64,000 nucleotides of DNA, from assembly GCF_001194135.2 (NCBI RefSeq), contig NC_068984.1, positions 15,266,662-15,330,661 on the forward strand, written 5' to 3'. Position numbers and translations under genes: made by a program. Below are positions 11,081 through 24,995 of the stretch, one piece after another. Every line of letters begins with the position of its first letter. Position 1 is the stretch's first letter. The notes beneath the pieces were generated by a model that saw only the letters and a list, made by a program, of their open reading frames with translations, was not told the origin of the DNA and made no database searches. Origin of the DNA: Octopus bimaculoides. Its lineage: Eukaryota.

Positions 11081-12698
11081 TATACATACATTGATATCCA
11101 AGCCTTGCCGACTAAGTAACATATTTTCTTGAGATCTAATGACAAGATTCACTCCTATTTGTATCACCATTTTCAAAAGATTTTGTTTATCTGATACTGG
11201 AGTAATCACTCTGACTTGCTTTTAGATTCTAAACACCTTTAAAGAGAGTTTTAGCTGTTAATTGAATAAATAACATCACTACATTACACATGTAAGACTC
11301 TAATCTATGCATGTTTAGTATGCAGAACACTCCACTGAGGCGTTTTCTCCTCAGTCTTTGGCTGTAGAAATTGTTTAGCCCCAGGACAGCCTTGCCTGTA
11401 CAAGACTATGAAGATCATTCCAACAATGACTATCTTTTTTAAGGGCCATATCTGAAACTAACATTATCTAATGTGTTTCCCTCTCACTCCTTTTTTAAAA
11501 AGTGTGATTTGAGAGAATTTGTCAACAGCTTCAAGCAAATAAAGCGACTGTGTAGATATTCCAAATTTTATATTACTTTTAGGTATGTTATGAAGGTATT
11601 CCCAGTTCTATATTCTTGTTATGAATGGAAGACATCTGTTCCTGACTTCTATTTTAGCCTCTCGACATCTGGCGTAAAGCCATCTCACCTTCTACTACAA
11701 TCTCACTCACAAGTGCCGGTGTGACAAAAAAATATCAAGTACATTATAAAGAGATTAGTTTTAGGAAGGGCATCCAGCGATAGAAATCATGCCAAAGCAG
11801 ACACTGGAGCTTGACACAGCCTATGTCAGCATGAGTTGCAGATAGCTGTGACAGAGTGAACAACTCCAATTTAAAAGGTGCCTTCAGATACAAGGTGGCA
11901 ATGTGTGAGGGAATGCCGTCTTAATAAGATGTTTGTTCAAAGAACCGTCTCTTCTGACGTTACGACGTTGTTCCCTAAATTTTCTCCATTAACGTTAAAA
12001 GACTTGTAAATTAGTTGGTAATTTGAACCAAAAATAATTAATGCCTAATGTACTTATTTTAAACTCGTTTACAGATAGTATATAGTATTTCTACATATAT
12101 TAAGTCACAGATGGAATTCGTTTGATCACAGATCAGCTCGATAAGGACTAACCACGGGTTAAAAAGCAACAAATCTCAATATGATTTATTTTGTTCAAAT
12201 CATTGGAACAAAATTTAGAAATAAAATTCTCCTTTCCTAAATATAAAACCTTCGTTTGTTCATTTTTTTTTCATGCAATCTGTAGTACAATCAAATTCTG
12301 TACGCCATGTTAGTAAAAATATACGACTTTTGAGGAAAAAGTATATAATTGGAAATTTGAATACAATATAAAATTAAAATAGTAAATGTACCATTAAATC
12401 AAATTACTGATTCACAAAAAGGAAATACAGTTAATAGCCATAAATAACAAATATAAAACTTTTGCAAGTAGTTTCTCAAATCGAATTAAGAAGCGATGAT
12501 AAAATCACAAGGATAATGGTTGCTCGGGGCAGAATAGCTAATGTGGCACAAAAGTTAATAATAAAACTCATATTTCAGAAATATTCAATTTAATAAAATC
12601 GGAATGCGTCTGAGAGAGAAAATATGGTAATCAAAAATTTCATGAATAAAATAATAAATATAAAATTGAATCAGTTTTAATGTATGAGAATGACTTAC

Positions 12699-12738
12699 CG
12701 AAATAAAGCACTGGAAAATGAACACAAAGCAAACTTTT
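12699..12738 (-). other. MCM6: Probable non-coding first exon of MCM6 (5' end approximate)
   Basis: Consensus donor TTCG|GTAAGT after 12699 on minus, about 40 nt downstream of paired E2F sites. No other 5' exon is seen for the 6764 acceptor. Confidence 0.6.
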
Positions 12739-12739
12739 A

Positions 12740-12775
12740 CGCGCGAAAAGTTTCGCGCGGTTTTAGGTGTCGATA
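12740..12775. promoter_or_regulatory. Inverted pair of E2F sites plus DRE-like motif (putative MCM6 promoter)
   Basis: CGCGCGAAA-ag-TTTCGCGCG (12740-12759) gives TTTCGCGC on both strands. TGTCGATA (12768-12775) is one mismatch from DRE TATCGATA. MCM genes are established E2F targets. Confidence 0.7.
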
Positions 12776-13034
12776 CAAATAATAACTTGGCGATGTTAAT
12801 TCCGGTCTTAAAAAGAAATTTACCGGTCTTCAAATTACATTGCATTTGCAATGTTCTTCAATTGATATATTAAAGAAAATCATTTTTTCACTCTAAATAT
12901 TTTATTCTTTTAGAATCTAATATGAAATTAAATTAAATTTAAAATCATCATTTAATGTTCTATCACAAAATGATTGACAACAATCAACACAAATATTAAA
13001 ACTGAAGTGTTTTCTGGTGCCCCTATTACCTTTA

Positions 13035-13356
13035 ACTTGTTTTAGTCATTAGACTGCGGCCATGCTGGAGCGTTACATTGAAAAATTTAGTGTAACAAAT
13101 CGACCCCAAATCGATTTCTTTTTGCCGAAATACTAAGTTACAAAGTTAAACAAATCTACACCGGTTGTCAAGCGATGGTTTGTGGGGGACGAACACAAAC
13201 ATACATATAGTCACAGACAGGCTTCCACACAGTTTGTGTTTACTAAATTCACTCATAAGGCACTGATCGGTCTGGGGCTAAAGTAGGATGCCACGCATTG
13301 GGACTGAACCCGAGATCAAGTGATTGCAACGCAAGCTTCTTAACCATGCCTGCACC
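13035..13356 (-). mobile_element. tRNA-derived SINE family A copy
   Basis: Matches 21028-21405 in reverse orientation. Confidence 0.75.
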
Positions 13357-16154
13357 TAAATAATAAAATCGAGCATTTGAATTTATATGTAAAATTTTAA
13401 ACGAATAAAGTATTTTATGTATCCTGGTCTACAACTTTCAGTGTACAGTCAACTCTGACACCGAATATTTCATAAACTGAAAAGTAAGGACTAGAAAATA
13501 TATTCTTTATTCATGACAGAGCTTACGACTTAAAAATATAATTATTCATATCTTTTGTCTGTCTGAAAGATTTTGTATTTATATAATGTCATAATTTGTT
13601 TTGTAATTTTATTTTGAGGCTATATTTGCTTAGTTCCGGTGCCTCGACACGTACGTTTATTTCCTTCGCCACATGGTATACCCTAACAACGATCGGGATC
13701 AAATCATTTTGAACACCTTTATGGTTAAGTATCAACAAATTTTAGTACTTTTTCATTTTCTTTCACATTTTTTATATATCACTTGATTGTTAGTGTTGAT
13801 TAAGCCTTAAGCATCTCGCTCACGGACATCTCATTGATTATAATTTCGCTGTTAGATTTTGTTGAAGACTCTAAACGTAAAATACATACCCCTATTATAA
13901 TCCCATTCACTCGCATAGATATATCCTAAACATTAAATATCTTTCTGTCCACTAATCATTTTAACTCCCTCGGTACCAGGTTTGTTGTGTGGGATACTTT
14001 TTAGTCATAAGCCAAGAGTTCACGGTTTACAAGAACAAACGTATTTATCTCGCTGATTGATTGTTAAAATTTCATATTATTAGTTTCGCTATTGAGGATG
14101 TAATTAAAGAATATTTTCTGACGTCATTATTTACTTTATCCCTTCATACCAGTTCTGTTTCAAATATTTTTCAAAGTCTACCGCCAGCGCACTTAGCTAT
14201 AATTTGTCTCTACTGATTAAGTCTTCAGTTTGTCTCATCCTTGATGAATAAATATATTATTTAAACACAATATTGACGACTTGTGAAATTACGTTACTTT
14301 TAATTTCTGCTTTTCATCATTGTTGATAGTTTTAACGGCATAATTACAGTTTGGTGCCCTTAACTTTATTTCTTCATAATTTTCGGAGAAACGTGTATTT
14401 TTTTTTTTATGAAATTCTGTGGATATATGTTTTTAATAGTATAGATTACGATTATGCTAATAATTTTCAAGGAGTTTTGGCGTGTGAGTTATGCAATGTC
14501 GATATTTCGAATGCATAAAGCCAAAGGGAGAAAAAAAAAGTGAATAATGCCAAAGTTAACGGGAATTGGTTATAAGAAAACAAAGTCTCTAGGGTGAGGG
14601 CATCTATCTGCAATATGCCTGCTTAACGACCTACATAGATGAACAGTAACTTATTTCTTTGGTATGACGGTTATTTTAAAAACCTGATGTTGAAAACATT
14701 GTCAAGAAACACGGGGGAGGGGAGTTCAAGATAGTCTCGCTTGGATTTTTTTCCTTTTACCTCTAACTTAAGCGACATCACTTTTTAACTTTTTCTTCTA
14801 CCTCAAACTGACAAGATCCAAAACGTGGAACTACGCACCAATTATCCATTTTAGCGGCAATTTTTTAAACCTAAATTCTATTTTATTTTATCCTTTTTTT
14901 TTCTTTTCGCAACGGTTATCGGATGCCTATTTTTTTAAATTAAAATTTTAAGTTTTCAATCAGAAACTGCTACGATTCTTGAGGTCAACGTTTCTGCTTT
15001 CACTTTCTCTAGTCATTAGCTGGTGAGATTCTATCAAAGCGGCCGGAACTTTTACTTTAATACTTTGTCTTGTAATAGAGACTGATTTAGAATTTCGAAA
15101 CCAGTCGGTCTCGACTGGGGTCTCTATGACCTCGACGGGCCATATAAGATTTTGTTGCTAAAATTTACAAGCAATAAATTTTCACATTTAAAAAAAAAAA
15201 NNNNNNNNNNNNNNNNNNNNNNNNNNNNNNNNNNNNNNNNNNNNNNNNNNNNNNNNNNNNNNNNNNNNNNNNNNNNNNNNNNNNNNNNNNNNNNNNNNNN
15301 NNNNNNNNNNNNNNNNNNNNNNNNNNNNNNNNNNNNNNNNNNNNNNNNNNNNNNNNNNNNNNNNNNNNNNNNNNNNNNNNNNNNNNNNNNNNNNNNNNNN
15401 NNNNNNNNNNNNNNNNNNNNNNNNNNNNNNNNNNNNNNNNNNNNNNNNNNNNNNNNNNNNNNNNNNNNNNNNNNNNNNNNNNNNNNNNNNNNNNNNNNNN
15501 NNNNNNNNNNNNNNNNNNNNNNNNNNNNNNNNNNNNNNNNNNNNNNNNNNNNNNNNNNNNNNNNNNNNNNNNNNNNNNNNNNNNNNNNNNNNNNNNNNNN
15601 NNNNNNNNNNNNNNNNNNNNNNNNNNNNNNNNNNNNNNNNNNNNNNNNNNNNNNNNNNNNNNNNNNNNNNNNNNNNNNNNNNNNNNNNNNNNNNNNNNNN
15701 NNNNNNNNNNNNNNNNNNNNNNNNNNNNNNNNNNNNNNNNNNNNNNNNNNNNNNNNNNNNNNNNNNNNNNNNNNNNNNNNNNNNNNNNNNNNNNNNNNNN
15801 NNNNNNNNNNNNNNNNNNNNNNNNNNNNNNNNNNNNNNNNNNNNNNNNNNNNNNNNNNNNNNNNNNNNNNNNNNNNNNNNNNNNNNNNNNNNNNNNNNNN
15901 NNNNNNNNNNNNNNNNNNNNNNNNNNNNNNNNNNNNNNNNNNNNNNNNNNNNNNNNNNNNNNNNNNNNNNNNNNNNNNNNNNNNNNNNNNNNNNNNNNNN
16001 NNNNNNNNNNNNNNNNNNNNNNNNNNNNNNNNNNNNNNNNNNNNNNNNNNNNNNNNNNNNNNNNNNNNNNNNNNNNNNNNNNNNNNNNNNNNNNNNNNNN
16101 NNNNNNNNNNNNNNNNNNNNNNNNNNNNNNNNNNNNNNNNNNNNNNNNNNNNNN

Positions 16155-17310
16155 GATAAAATAAAACAAGAAATGTGTAATCAATCTACTCACCTTTCTG
16201 CAGAGATTTCTTTCAGAGTAATTTCCTAATTTCCCGCAGTAATATGAAATTAGAGCGTGTTTTTTTTTTTATTTTATATTTCAGAAATGAGTTTTGTCGA
16301 GAAGTGTATTCGGGGAAGCCGCGCTGATGGAGTTTAGGGAGGATAAACTTCCGCAATGTGTTCGAGAAATGTATAGAAATTCTCAAAGTTTTTCTTCGCA
16401 GTAAATCCATACATTTCTCGATACATTGACTCATCAACGCGGGACCATTTCATGTCGCCCGATGATCCAGTCACATATTTCAGCCGTCTTTTAATTCGGA
16501 GCGGAGCTTTGTCCAGAAGCATCTTCCCCGAACACACTTCTCTACAAAACTCATACCACTGGATTGCGGTTTTGTTATCTACTCCAGTGTATAAAGCCGC
16601 AGTAGATATCGGCGCCTCGAAAACGAAATTGAAGACAATATGGAATATTTGTTGTAAGGACAACTTTGACTTTTCCATAAAAGTCTTTGTCCTTATTGAA
16701 ATGTTTTTCTTGCAGTTTTTGCACCGCCACACAAATCCATCCAGCGATCTGGCCGACTTCTTCAAAGTGATATCGTGTGTGCAAACACACGTTTTACTTG
16801 TGGCAATAGTACCGTTGCCTTTCAAGAATTCCAATATATTTTCTGGAGCAAGCTGCTTGAATAATTCTTCAATTGGTAAACACATTTTCAATACGATCCT
16901 TTGCGCTGGTTAACAGGTTGCTTGTCGCTGGTCAAATGATTCTCTTTTAGGGTTCTGCACACGTGCGAAAAAGGGAAGAATTTGACCGTTGGAATCATGG
17001 TCAAATGATTGCCTTCGACACAAAATTCCTTTTGTTTNNNNNNNNNNNNNNNNNNNNNNNNNGGTCAAATTCTTCCCTTTTGTTCGCGATTTTGGCGGGG
17101 TGGGGGATTGAAATTTTTCAAACAACTTTTTTACACAATCATAATCTACGTGTTTTTTTACGCATTTCTAAAAAAAAAAAAATTCCGAAAATGGGGTGGG
17201 GGCGAAATTTTCAAATTGAGATTTTTGAAATTTTTTTTCCAGAATCGGATTCTCCATGGTCTGAAACATAGGATTCCATAAAATAAAAAAAAATTAAAAC
17301 GGGGGGTATA
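16155..17310 (-). mobile_element. Merlin/IS1595-like DNA transposon remnant lacking the DDE core (boundaries approximate)
   Basis: ORF 16885-16334: CxC..WRCKNC Zn ribbon, ISIRTKTFMEKSKL and WYEFCREVC, joined directly to C-terminal KRRLK...FLEHIAEVYP. Confidence 0.75.
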
Positions 17311-17340
17311 CCCAGATTACATATAGTCCATCTGGATCGA

Positions 17341-17670
17341 ATAAACTGTTATTCGTGGTTTTTGTTGATTTGAAGAAAGCATTTCACAAGGTATCACATT
17401 CAGTAATTTAGTGGGCCCGGAGGAAACTGGGTGTAGATGAATAGCTTGCATGGGAGGTTTAAGCTATGTACAAAGATGCTGTAAGTAAAGTGAGAGTGAC
17501 AATGACATCAGTAATGAATTTAATGTGAAGGTAGGAGTCCCTCCAGGTTCATTCCTCAATCCTCTCCTATTCAACATAGTCCTTCAAGTCGTCACTGAAG
17601 AGTTTAAGACTGATTGTCCAAGGGAACTCCTCTATACTCTTAATCTAGTCCTCATAGCTGAATCTATTGG
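17341..17670 (+). mobile_element. RTE LINE reverse-transcriptase core fragment
   Basis: FVDLKKAF, KVGV..GS.LNPLLFNIVL, ELLY...LVLIAES, with stops and frameshifts. Confidence 0.8.
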
Positions 17671-20574
17671 GGATTTAGTTCCATAAATTCCATAAGTTGT
17701 ATGGCATTGTGACAATCTGCCTCTCCAACCCTCATTCCCATACAATCTTGCAAACCACCCAGCTACCTATTTCTCTTCAGCTTGTGCCTTGTGGGGCCAT
17801 CTGAGAACCTTATTGCCATCATTTATGTCTTGTAGTTCCTACTGATCATTTTCTATTTCTCCCCCCCCCCCCTTCTCCCCTTCTAGATGGGAGTAACCAT
17901 GCAGATCCTTCTTCAAGAACCTGCTCTTCTCCACCTCTCTCATTATCCCCTCATCCCCTAGCATGAAGCTAATTCCCCATCTCCCCAGGGTTCATATCCT
18001 GCAAATTGCATGGTGACCTCAGCAGTGCAGCTGGTATGGAAAAAGCACCTATTCCAGCTGTAAAATGGTTGGCATCCAGCCATAAAAGTCATGCAGAAGG
18101 AGACACTGAAGCTCAATGCAGTCCTTGGACACATCAGATCCATCCAACCCATATCAGCATGGAACATGGACAATAAATGATGATGATATATATGGTGCCA
18201 CATAAAAAGCACCCAATGCACACTGTGAAGTGTTTAGAGTTAGGAAGGGCATCCAGCTGCAGAAACCAAGCCAATACACACTATGGAACTTGGAGCAACC
18301 CCTGCCTTTACCAGTTCCTGTCAAACCATCCGACCCTTGCCAGCATGGAAAATGGACATTAAATGATGATGATAATATATATTTTGTGCTGCTCTCTACC
18401 CTTTCTCTACTGCAAATTATCATCCCCTCCTGCTTGGGCCACTTCTGTTTCTTATCACCTTCCACTCCAAATTCATATTTACCATCAACCACACCTTCAC
18501 TCTTCTTCACCATTCACAACATTCACCTCTACCCCCATCTCTAACCATTCCTTACTTTCCTCCCACACTCTTACAAACTTACTCATCAGCTCCTCCCAAT
18601 CCTCTGTCTCTTCTACTCATCTTCTCATACTTTGGGCATACGCCCTCACACCTTGTCACTACCATCTTTATCTCTCTTTCTCACTACTCCCACCCACCGT
18701 TATATAATGCAGGGCAGCTGACATGTATAGCAAGACATCTGTTCCTATCCTATCACCTTTCAGTCTCTCTCAGCATCAACTATAAAGCTACTTACTATGA
18801 CGCACCCACTCAATCTATTTTCCATGCTGGCATGGGTTAGATCGTTTGACAGGAGCTGGCAAGCGGGAGAGCTGCACCAGGCTCCAGTTGTCAGTTTTAG
18901 CTTGGTTTCTACGACCGGATGCTCTTCCTAATGCCAACCACTTTACAGAGTGTACCATGTGTTTTTTATGTGGCTCCAGCACAGGTGTTTTTTGTGTGAT
19001 TTATATTTTTCTTTGTCTTACAAGTTACAAGATAACCTTCACTAGTGTAGGTGGTACAAATAATGCATCCTGTACTCTCAGTAAAGTAGTTGGCATTAGG
19101 AAGGGCATCCAGCCATAGAAACCATGTCAAAGCAGACACACTGGAGCTTGATGTAATCTTTTGGCTCATCACATCCTGTCAAACTATCCAACCTATGCCA
19201 GTAAAGGAGACAGATTTTAAATGACGATGATAATGATGGCGATTAGTTACTTAGCTTCAGGTCCTGCTACATTTTGGTACGGTGGTAATTTTGAAAAAAC
19301 GTAAGTGATAGAATTGTATCTTTAAATATCATCACCGTTTAACGTCCATTTTCCATGCTGGCATTGGTTGGACGGTTTGACAAAGGCCTGGAGAGCCAGC
19401 AGCTGCACCAGGCTCCAATCTGATCTGGCAATGTTTCTACAGCTGGATGCCCTTCCTAATGCCAACCACTCCGAGAGTGTAGTGGGTGCTTTTTATATGC
19501 CACCGGCACAGGAGCCAATCAGGCAGTCCTGGCATCGATCACATTTGGATAGTGCTTTTTATGTGCCACCAGCATGGGAGCCAGTTGGGGCGGTGGGTAC
19601 TGGCATCGACCACGTTTAGATGATGCTTTTTACATATGCCACCAGCATGGGAGCTGGTCAGGCGGACCTGGTATCGACCACGTTCGGATGGTGCTTTTTA
19701 TGTGCCACCAGCACAGGAGCCAGTCAGGGGACACTGACATCAACCACGTTCGGATGATGCGTTTTACGTGCCACGACAATGGGAGCCAGTCAGGGGGCAC
19801 TGGCCACAGCTACGATTTTGGTTTTACTTGACTCAACAGGTCTTCTCAAGCATATGATATCGCCCGACGCATCAGGAGTACTCTTAAATGGGCTGGATAT
19901 GCAACAGTAGCGTCGGTCATGGCTGCGATCTAAAATATCATCTATAGGGTACAAGTTGGCTCCTTCAAACATATTACATTACTCTGTGATAAAAAAAACT
20001 AACATAAAATTCTTGGTTCTATTCTAAAATACATGATCAAAATAATGAAAGTAGTATGTGATAGCACATTAGTAAGTTACTCTTTCACTTCTCACAGTAT
20101 GTTCGTTGAATGATGATATCATCATGCTGAGGCACTGTCTTGAAGAGTTCTAATCAAAGTGACTCCAATATTTTCAGAGCACTGACTGACACAAGTAAAA
20201 TATATTCTGTACCTTTGAAACAAAATGTTAGAAACAAAATGTTATAATCACTACATCATTAATTTATTAAATTTATTTTTGTTTTCAAAACTATAAAAAA
20301 TGCATTGTGAGAATGGATATAGTCTCTAAACAATCTTGTGAAAGCAGCAAACATGTTTCGGTCTTATTAACCCTCTTTAATTAAAGATTTTTCAACTCAG
20401 TTATATTACACATATGAATCCCTGACATAGTGTTATCCACTCAAAAGCATACCCTGTACTAGATTATTGTCCATGTATTACAGCCAATAACTCAGGCATT
20501 TCACTTAAAGTGCAATTTCTTCACTTATGTTCACCAAATTGGCTAATCACATTTATCCAACATCTTTGCATACA

Positions 20575-20830
20575 TTATTTACATTGGACGGCTATGTGTC
20601 CTCATCTTGTTTGATGTTACCACAACGTTTCGGCTGATTTACTCTCCACCTTTCATCAGGTGTCCTGGTAAAATTTTGAACCCAACCCTGGGTTCTCATT
20701 CCTAAGGTATTGTTTTGCTGATATTATTATTATTATTATTATTATTTATTCAAGGCACTGCCTGGAATTGAACTCGGAATCTTGGTTAGTAGCCCAATCT
20801 CTTAACCATTATACTATATGCCCGTGGGCA
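20575..20830 (-). mobile_element. Single copy of the tRNA-head/hammerhead element
   Basis: rc core GACAC CTGATGA ... CAGCC GAAAC GTT GTGGT (20664-20619). Head ends in the short palindrome TATATGCCC-GT-GGGCATATA. Confidence 0.8.
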
Positions 20831-21027
20831 TATATAGAACAGTATAATCTTTGCATACACATTAATTAATTTCTTTTATTTGTTTCTGGCTTTTGTGTTG
20901 TGCATCAAATACACCACATCTAAGTTTTTTTTTTTTTTTACTTTAGTTGCTACAGGTTCCCTCGGTACTTTCTAAAAAGGTGCTTTTGATATAGATCTTA
21001 TAGTTGAATTACAGATATCATATAGAC

Positions 21028-21405
21028 ACAAGAGTGGCTGTGTGGTAAGTACAGCTTGCTTACCAACCACATGGCTTCGGTTGTCAGTCCAACTGCGTGG
21101 TACCTTAGGCAAGTGTCTATTATAGCCTCGGGCTGACCAAAGCCTTGAGAGTGGATTTGGTAGACGGAAACGGAAAAAAAAAACCGTCGTATATATGTGT
21201 GTGTGTTTGTTTGTTCCCCCAACATCGCTTGACAAACGATGCTGGTGTGTTTAAGTCCCCGTAACCGAGCGGTTCGGCGAAAGAAACTGATAGAATGAGT
21301 TCTAGGCTTACAAAGGATATGTCCTGGGGTTGATTTGCTCGACTAAAGGCGGTGCTCCAGCATGGCCGCAGTAAAATGCCTGAAACACGCAAAAGAGTAA
21401 AAGAG
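21028..21405 (+). mobile_element. tRNA-derived SINE family A, full length
   Basis: Head GTGGCTGTGTGGTAAG...CCTTAGGCAAGTG, central (TG)n, tail GGCGGTGCTCCAGCATGGCCGCAG..TGAAAC..AAAAGAG. A second full copy lies at 35967-36353 (minus). Confidence 0.85.
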
Positions 21406-24400
21406 ATATAGCTTCATAGAAAAGACGTAGTAATTCTCTAAATTTTCTTGATACTATCTTTTTTTTTTCCTTCTTTCGTTATTATTCTTACATATAAGAG
21501 ATTACATGGATATGTTAGAAGTGGGATTAGGCAACTAAGGCAGACTTTATAACATACTAAAGAAAGAACTAACGTAATGTGATAAGCACAATTCATCAAG
21601 GTTATATTAAGGGGAGGTAAACATTGCTTATCAAATTAACCAAAATGTAAGGGAGACAAAAAAATCTAAAATTTTCCTTTTTTTAAAAATTCGTTAACGC
21701 ATTACTTCCAATGAGTTTAATATATGAACTGTGATGGTTGCATTTTGCATTTGGTTCCTTGTCAATTTATTTAAAGTACAAATTTTAATAAGTTATCTAA
21801 CTTCCCTTTGCAAATAAGAGGACTTCAATATGGTTGCTCGACTTGCTAAAGATAGTTGCCAAATTGGCAAATCTTAAGATTCAACAGATAGAAATTGAAA
21901 ATTTAGTGGCTGGATGTGGTTTTTGTTGAATACTTCCATTTTATAAGATTTTCCTTGCTTAATACTCTCATTCATTAATCTGTTAATCGTTGAATATAAA
22001 CTCTTAAATTGTTTTAATAACACCTTTGGAATTCATATTGATTATAAAGGTTGACGTTATTTATATAAAAACAAGTGTTAGTCCTGGTGAAATGAAGTGC
22101 TTCCGCTTAGAAGATGAATGCTTGTAGGAGGCCAGTTTGATTTTTTTCAAAAGCAATGCTAATACATATCTTAGTATGTTTCTCTGAACCATATCAGTGA
22201 ACGATATCGTCATCATTTAACATCTGGCTTCAATGCTGGGAAATGGCCTTTTAATGCCGATACTTTACAGAATACTGGGTGATCTTATCCTGGCACCAGC
22301 ACTAGTTAACTAACGGGGCTAAGAACCTAAGGTGGCCCCCTACAACTGTGGGAGAACAAAAGAGAAAACTGGTGATGATTCTAGGCAGTTGAATGGGAAG
22401 AAGACAAGATGGGGGAGTATAGGGGAGAGAAGAGATTTGTGACAGGGTTTAGGGAGAAGAAAGATGATATAGAGTTCTCTGTAGAAAAATGTCTGGCTGT
22501 ATTATGTTCTTCACTTATTTCCAAGTAATTTTAAAATCTTTCACTTTTTACGTGTAGATTCATAAAGTTTACCCACAGGAGAGCATCATTTTATACTGCA
22601 CATGACAATCGGCTAAAAGTCAAACTCTAGCTCTTTAGCATTCAAACCAGCCAGATCAGGCCCAAATATTCTACTTGTTTTGTGTTCAAACTGACCAGAT
22701 TAGACCTCTCTATCCTGCAATCATCATCATCATCATTTAACGTCCGCTTTCCATGATAGCATGGGTTGGACGATTTGACTGGGGACTGGCGAACCAGATG
22801 GCTACACAAGGCTCCAATCTGATCTGGCAGAGTTTCTACAGCTGGATGCCCTTCCTAATGCCAACCACTCCGAGAGTGTAGTGGGTGCTTTTACGTGCCA
22901 CCGGCACGAGGGCCAGTCACATGGTACTGGCAACAGCCATGCTCAGAAAGGTGATTTTTACGTGCCACCTGCACAGGATCCAGTCCAGCGGCACTGGCAA
23001 CGACCTTGCTCAAATGATTTTCTAACTTATTAATCGCAATTTGTTCCATCCCTTCCAGCACTCACAGCTGCATGTCCAGTGAGTGAGTCTCTATACAGTT
23101 ACTCAACTTGCTACAAACAGCAGTCAAGTCTCATTCAAATGGCACCCTACTATCTTAAGAGAAGGACACATTAAAATCCTAAAAGGATTGGTTGGTTACA
23201 AATGGAAAACCTTTGTTCACAAGTCTTCTTATCTTGAAACCAAACATATTCAATCTTTCTAAAATATCTATACATATTAATAAAACATTTAGACACTACT
23301 AGAATATAATCCTACAATCATTACTCCCAAACAATACTTTGATACAATCCTAAAATCACTGTCTCTTATCTGACCGACACCAAAATAGCACACAGCATCA
23401 GTTATCTCCCTTCGTTCATCCTTGTTTTCTTGCCATCGAAAAGCAATCGAATTTAGTTTTCCAATTCCAATTCGAAATATTATAACACACTTTTATATAA
23501 CTACATTTAACACGAACCAATGATGGAGCCCTCAATGAGTTACTTAACCCCCTAAAAAAAAGTGTAAATTCCTAAAAACTCTTTCTACCTCCTTTTATTC
23601 AACATATTTCCCTCCCAGATTCACACACTTATTGCAGCAGTCCTTCAGTTTTTCTAAGCCCTGTAAAATAACTTGCAAGATTAGGCCTCCAACCAGGCCT
23701 TTCGTGATACCCTTAAAGCCAGGAACCTTTCAGCACCCCCTCGAACATAAGGACTGCTCTTCATACAAAGTTTAGTTTGAACAAATGGACTATATGTATG
23801 TATGATGCACATACTCCATCATTTGTTGTATGTTATGCTTATTTAATATAAAGCATCATCGTTTGTGATATGTTGCATATGGGTAATATACATATTCCAC
23901 AAATCATGCTCTTCGAATGATTAATACCAAATACTTAGACTTGCGAGTAATCAAATCTAGTAATTAAAAAATAAAACATTCACGAAACCGAAAAGCGGTT
24001 CCTCTATTTCTGTTAACGAACAGGTACGTTAGATATTCTCGATTACGTCCCTTGGACTGATTACACGATAACCAAGCTCACCCTTTAACATTTAAACCAG
24101 CCACGTCCGGCCCAAATATTCTACATAAATAATCACATCATCAAAATCTTGAAAGCTATGAGATAATGCATGATTAATTCAAAACAATATGAATGAATAA
24201 GCTCTACTTTTCACGGAATAAACTGTATGCCATTTTATCCTTATATCTAAAACTTAATCTCTCTTTTTCAAAGTTGATGCTTATTAATAACAAAATCTTT
24301 ATTTCCATTCTATAGACAATAGCATTAAATCTATTATTGATTTGATTATATTTTTTATATGCGTCTTTAAATTATCAGTTAATGAAAGCATTGAAGTATA

Positions 24401-24763
24401 AAATCCATATTCCGTTTTTAAGTTATGAGTGTTATATATGTTCTTTGAGAGATTTTTAAGATCCAGTCGTTAGTTCTTTTAATTTAAAGTGTGTCTGTTC
24501 AGCCCTTTTAGTGACTACATCTTTTATCTCTTACTTGTTTCAGTCATTAGACTGCGGCCATGTTGGGGCACCGCTTTGAAGAATTTATAGTGCAATGATT
24601 CAACCCCAATACTCTTTTGCTGAACCTTAAAATGACAGTGACATAAACACGCCAACACCTTTTGATAAGCGGTGTGGGGGACAAATACACACACACACAC
24701 ACGTATGTATATTTACGATGGGCTTCTTTCATTTTCTATCTACCAAATCCACTCACAGTTTCT

Positions 24764-24995
24764 TATTTCTTTACTGCCCACAAGGGGCGACACACAGAGG
24801 GGACAAACAAGGACAGACAAACGGATTAAGTCAATTATATCGACCCCAGTGCATGACTGGTACTTATTTAATCGACCCCCAAAAGGACGAAAGGGAAAGC
24901 CTTGGCAGAATTTAAACTCAGAATGAACCGGCAGACGAAATACCGCTAAGCATTTCGCCCGGCGTGCTAATATTTCTGCCAGCTCGCCACCTAAT
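24764..24995 (-). mobile_element. tRNA-derived SINE family B copy with 11-bp TSD
   Basis: Flanked by TCACAGTTTCT at 24753-24763 and 24996-25006. Family core TTTGCCTTTCATCCTTTCGGGGTCGAT..AAGTACCAG. Other copies at about 28060-28215, 33775-33985, 35455-35635, 37878-38090, 40950-41105, 57420-57910 (two) and 60290-60520. Confidence 0.85.
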
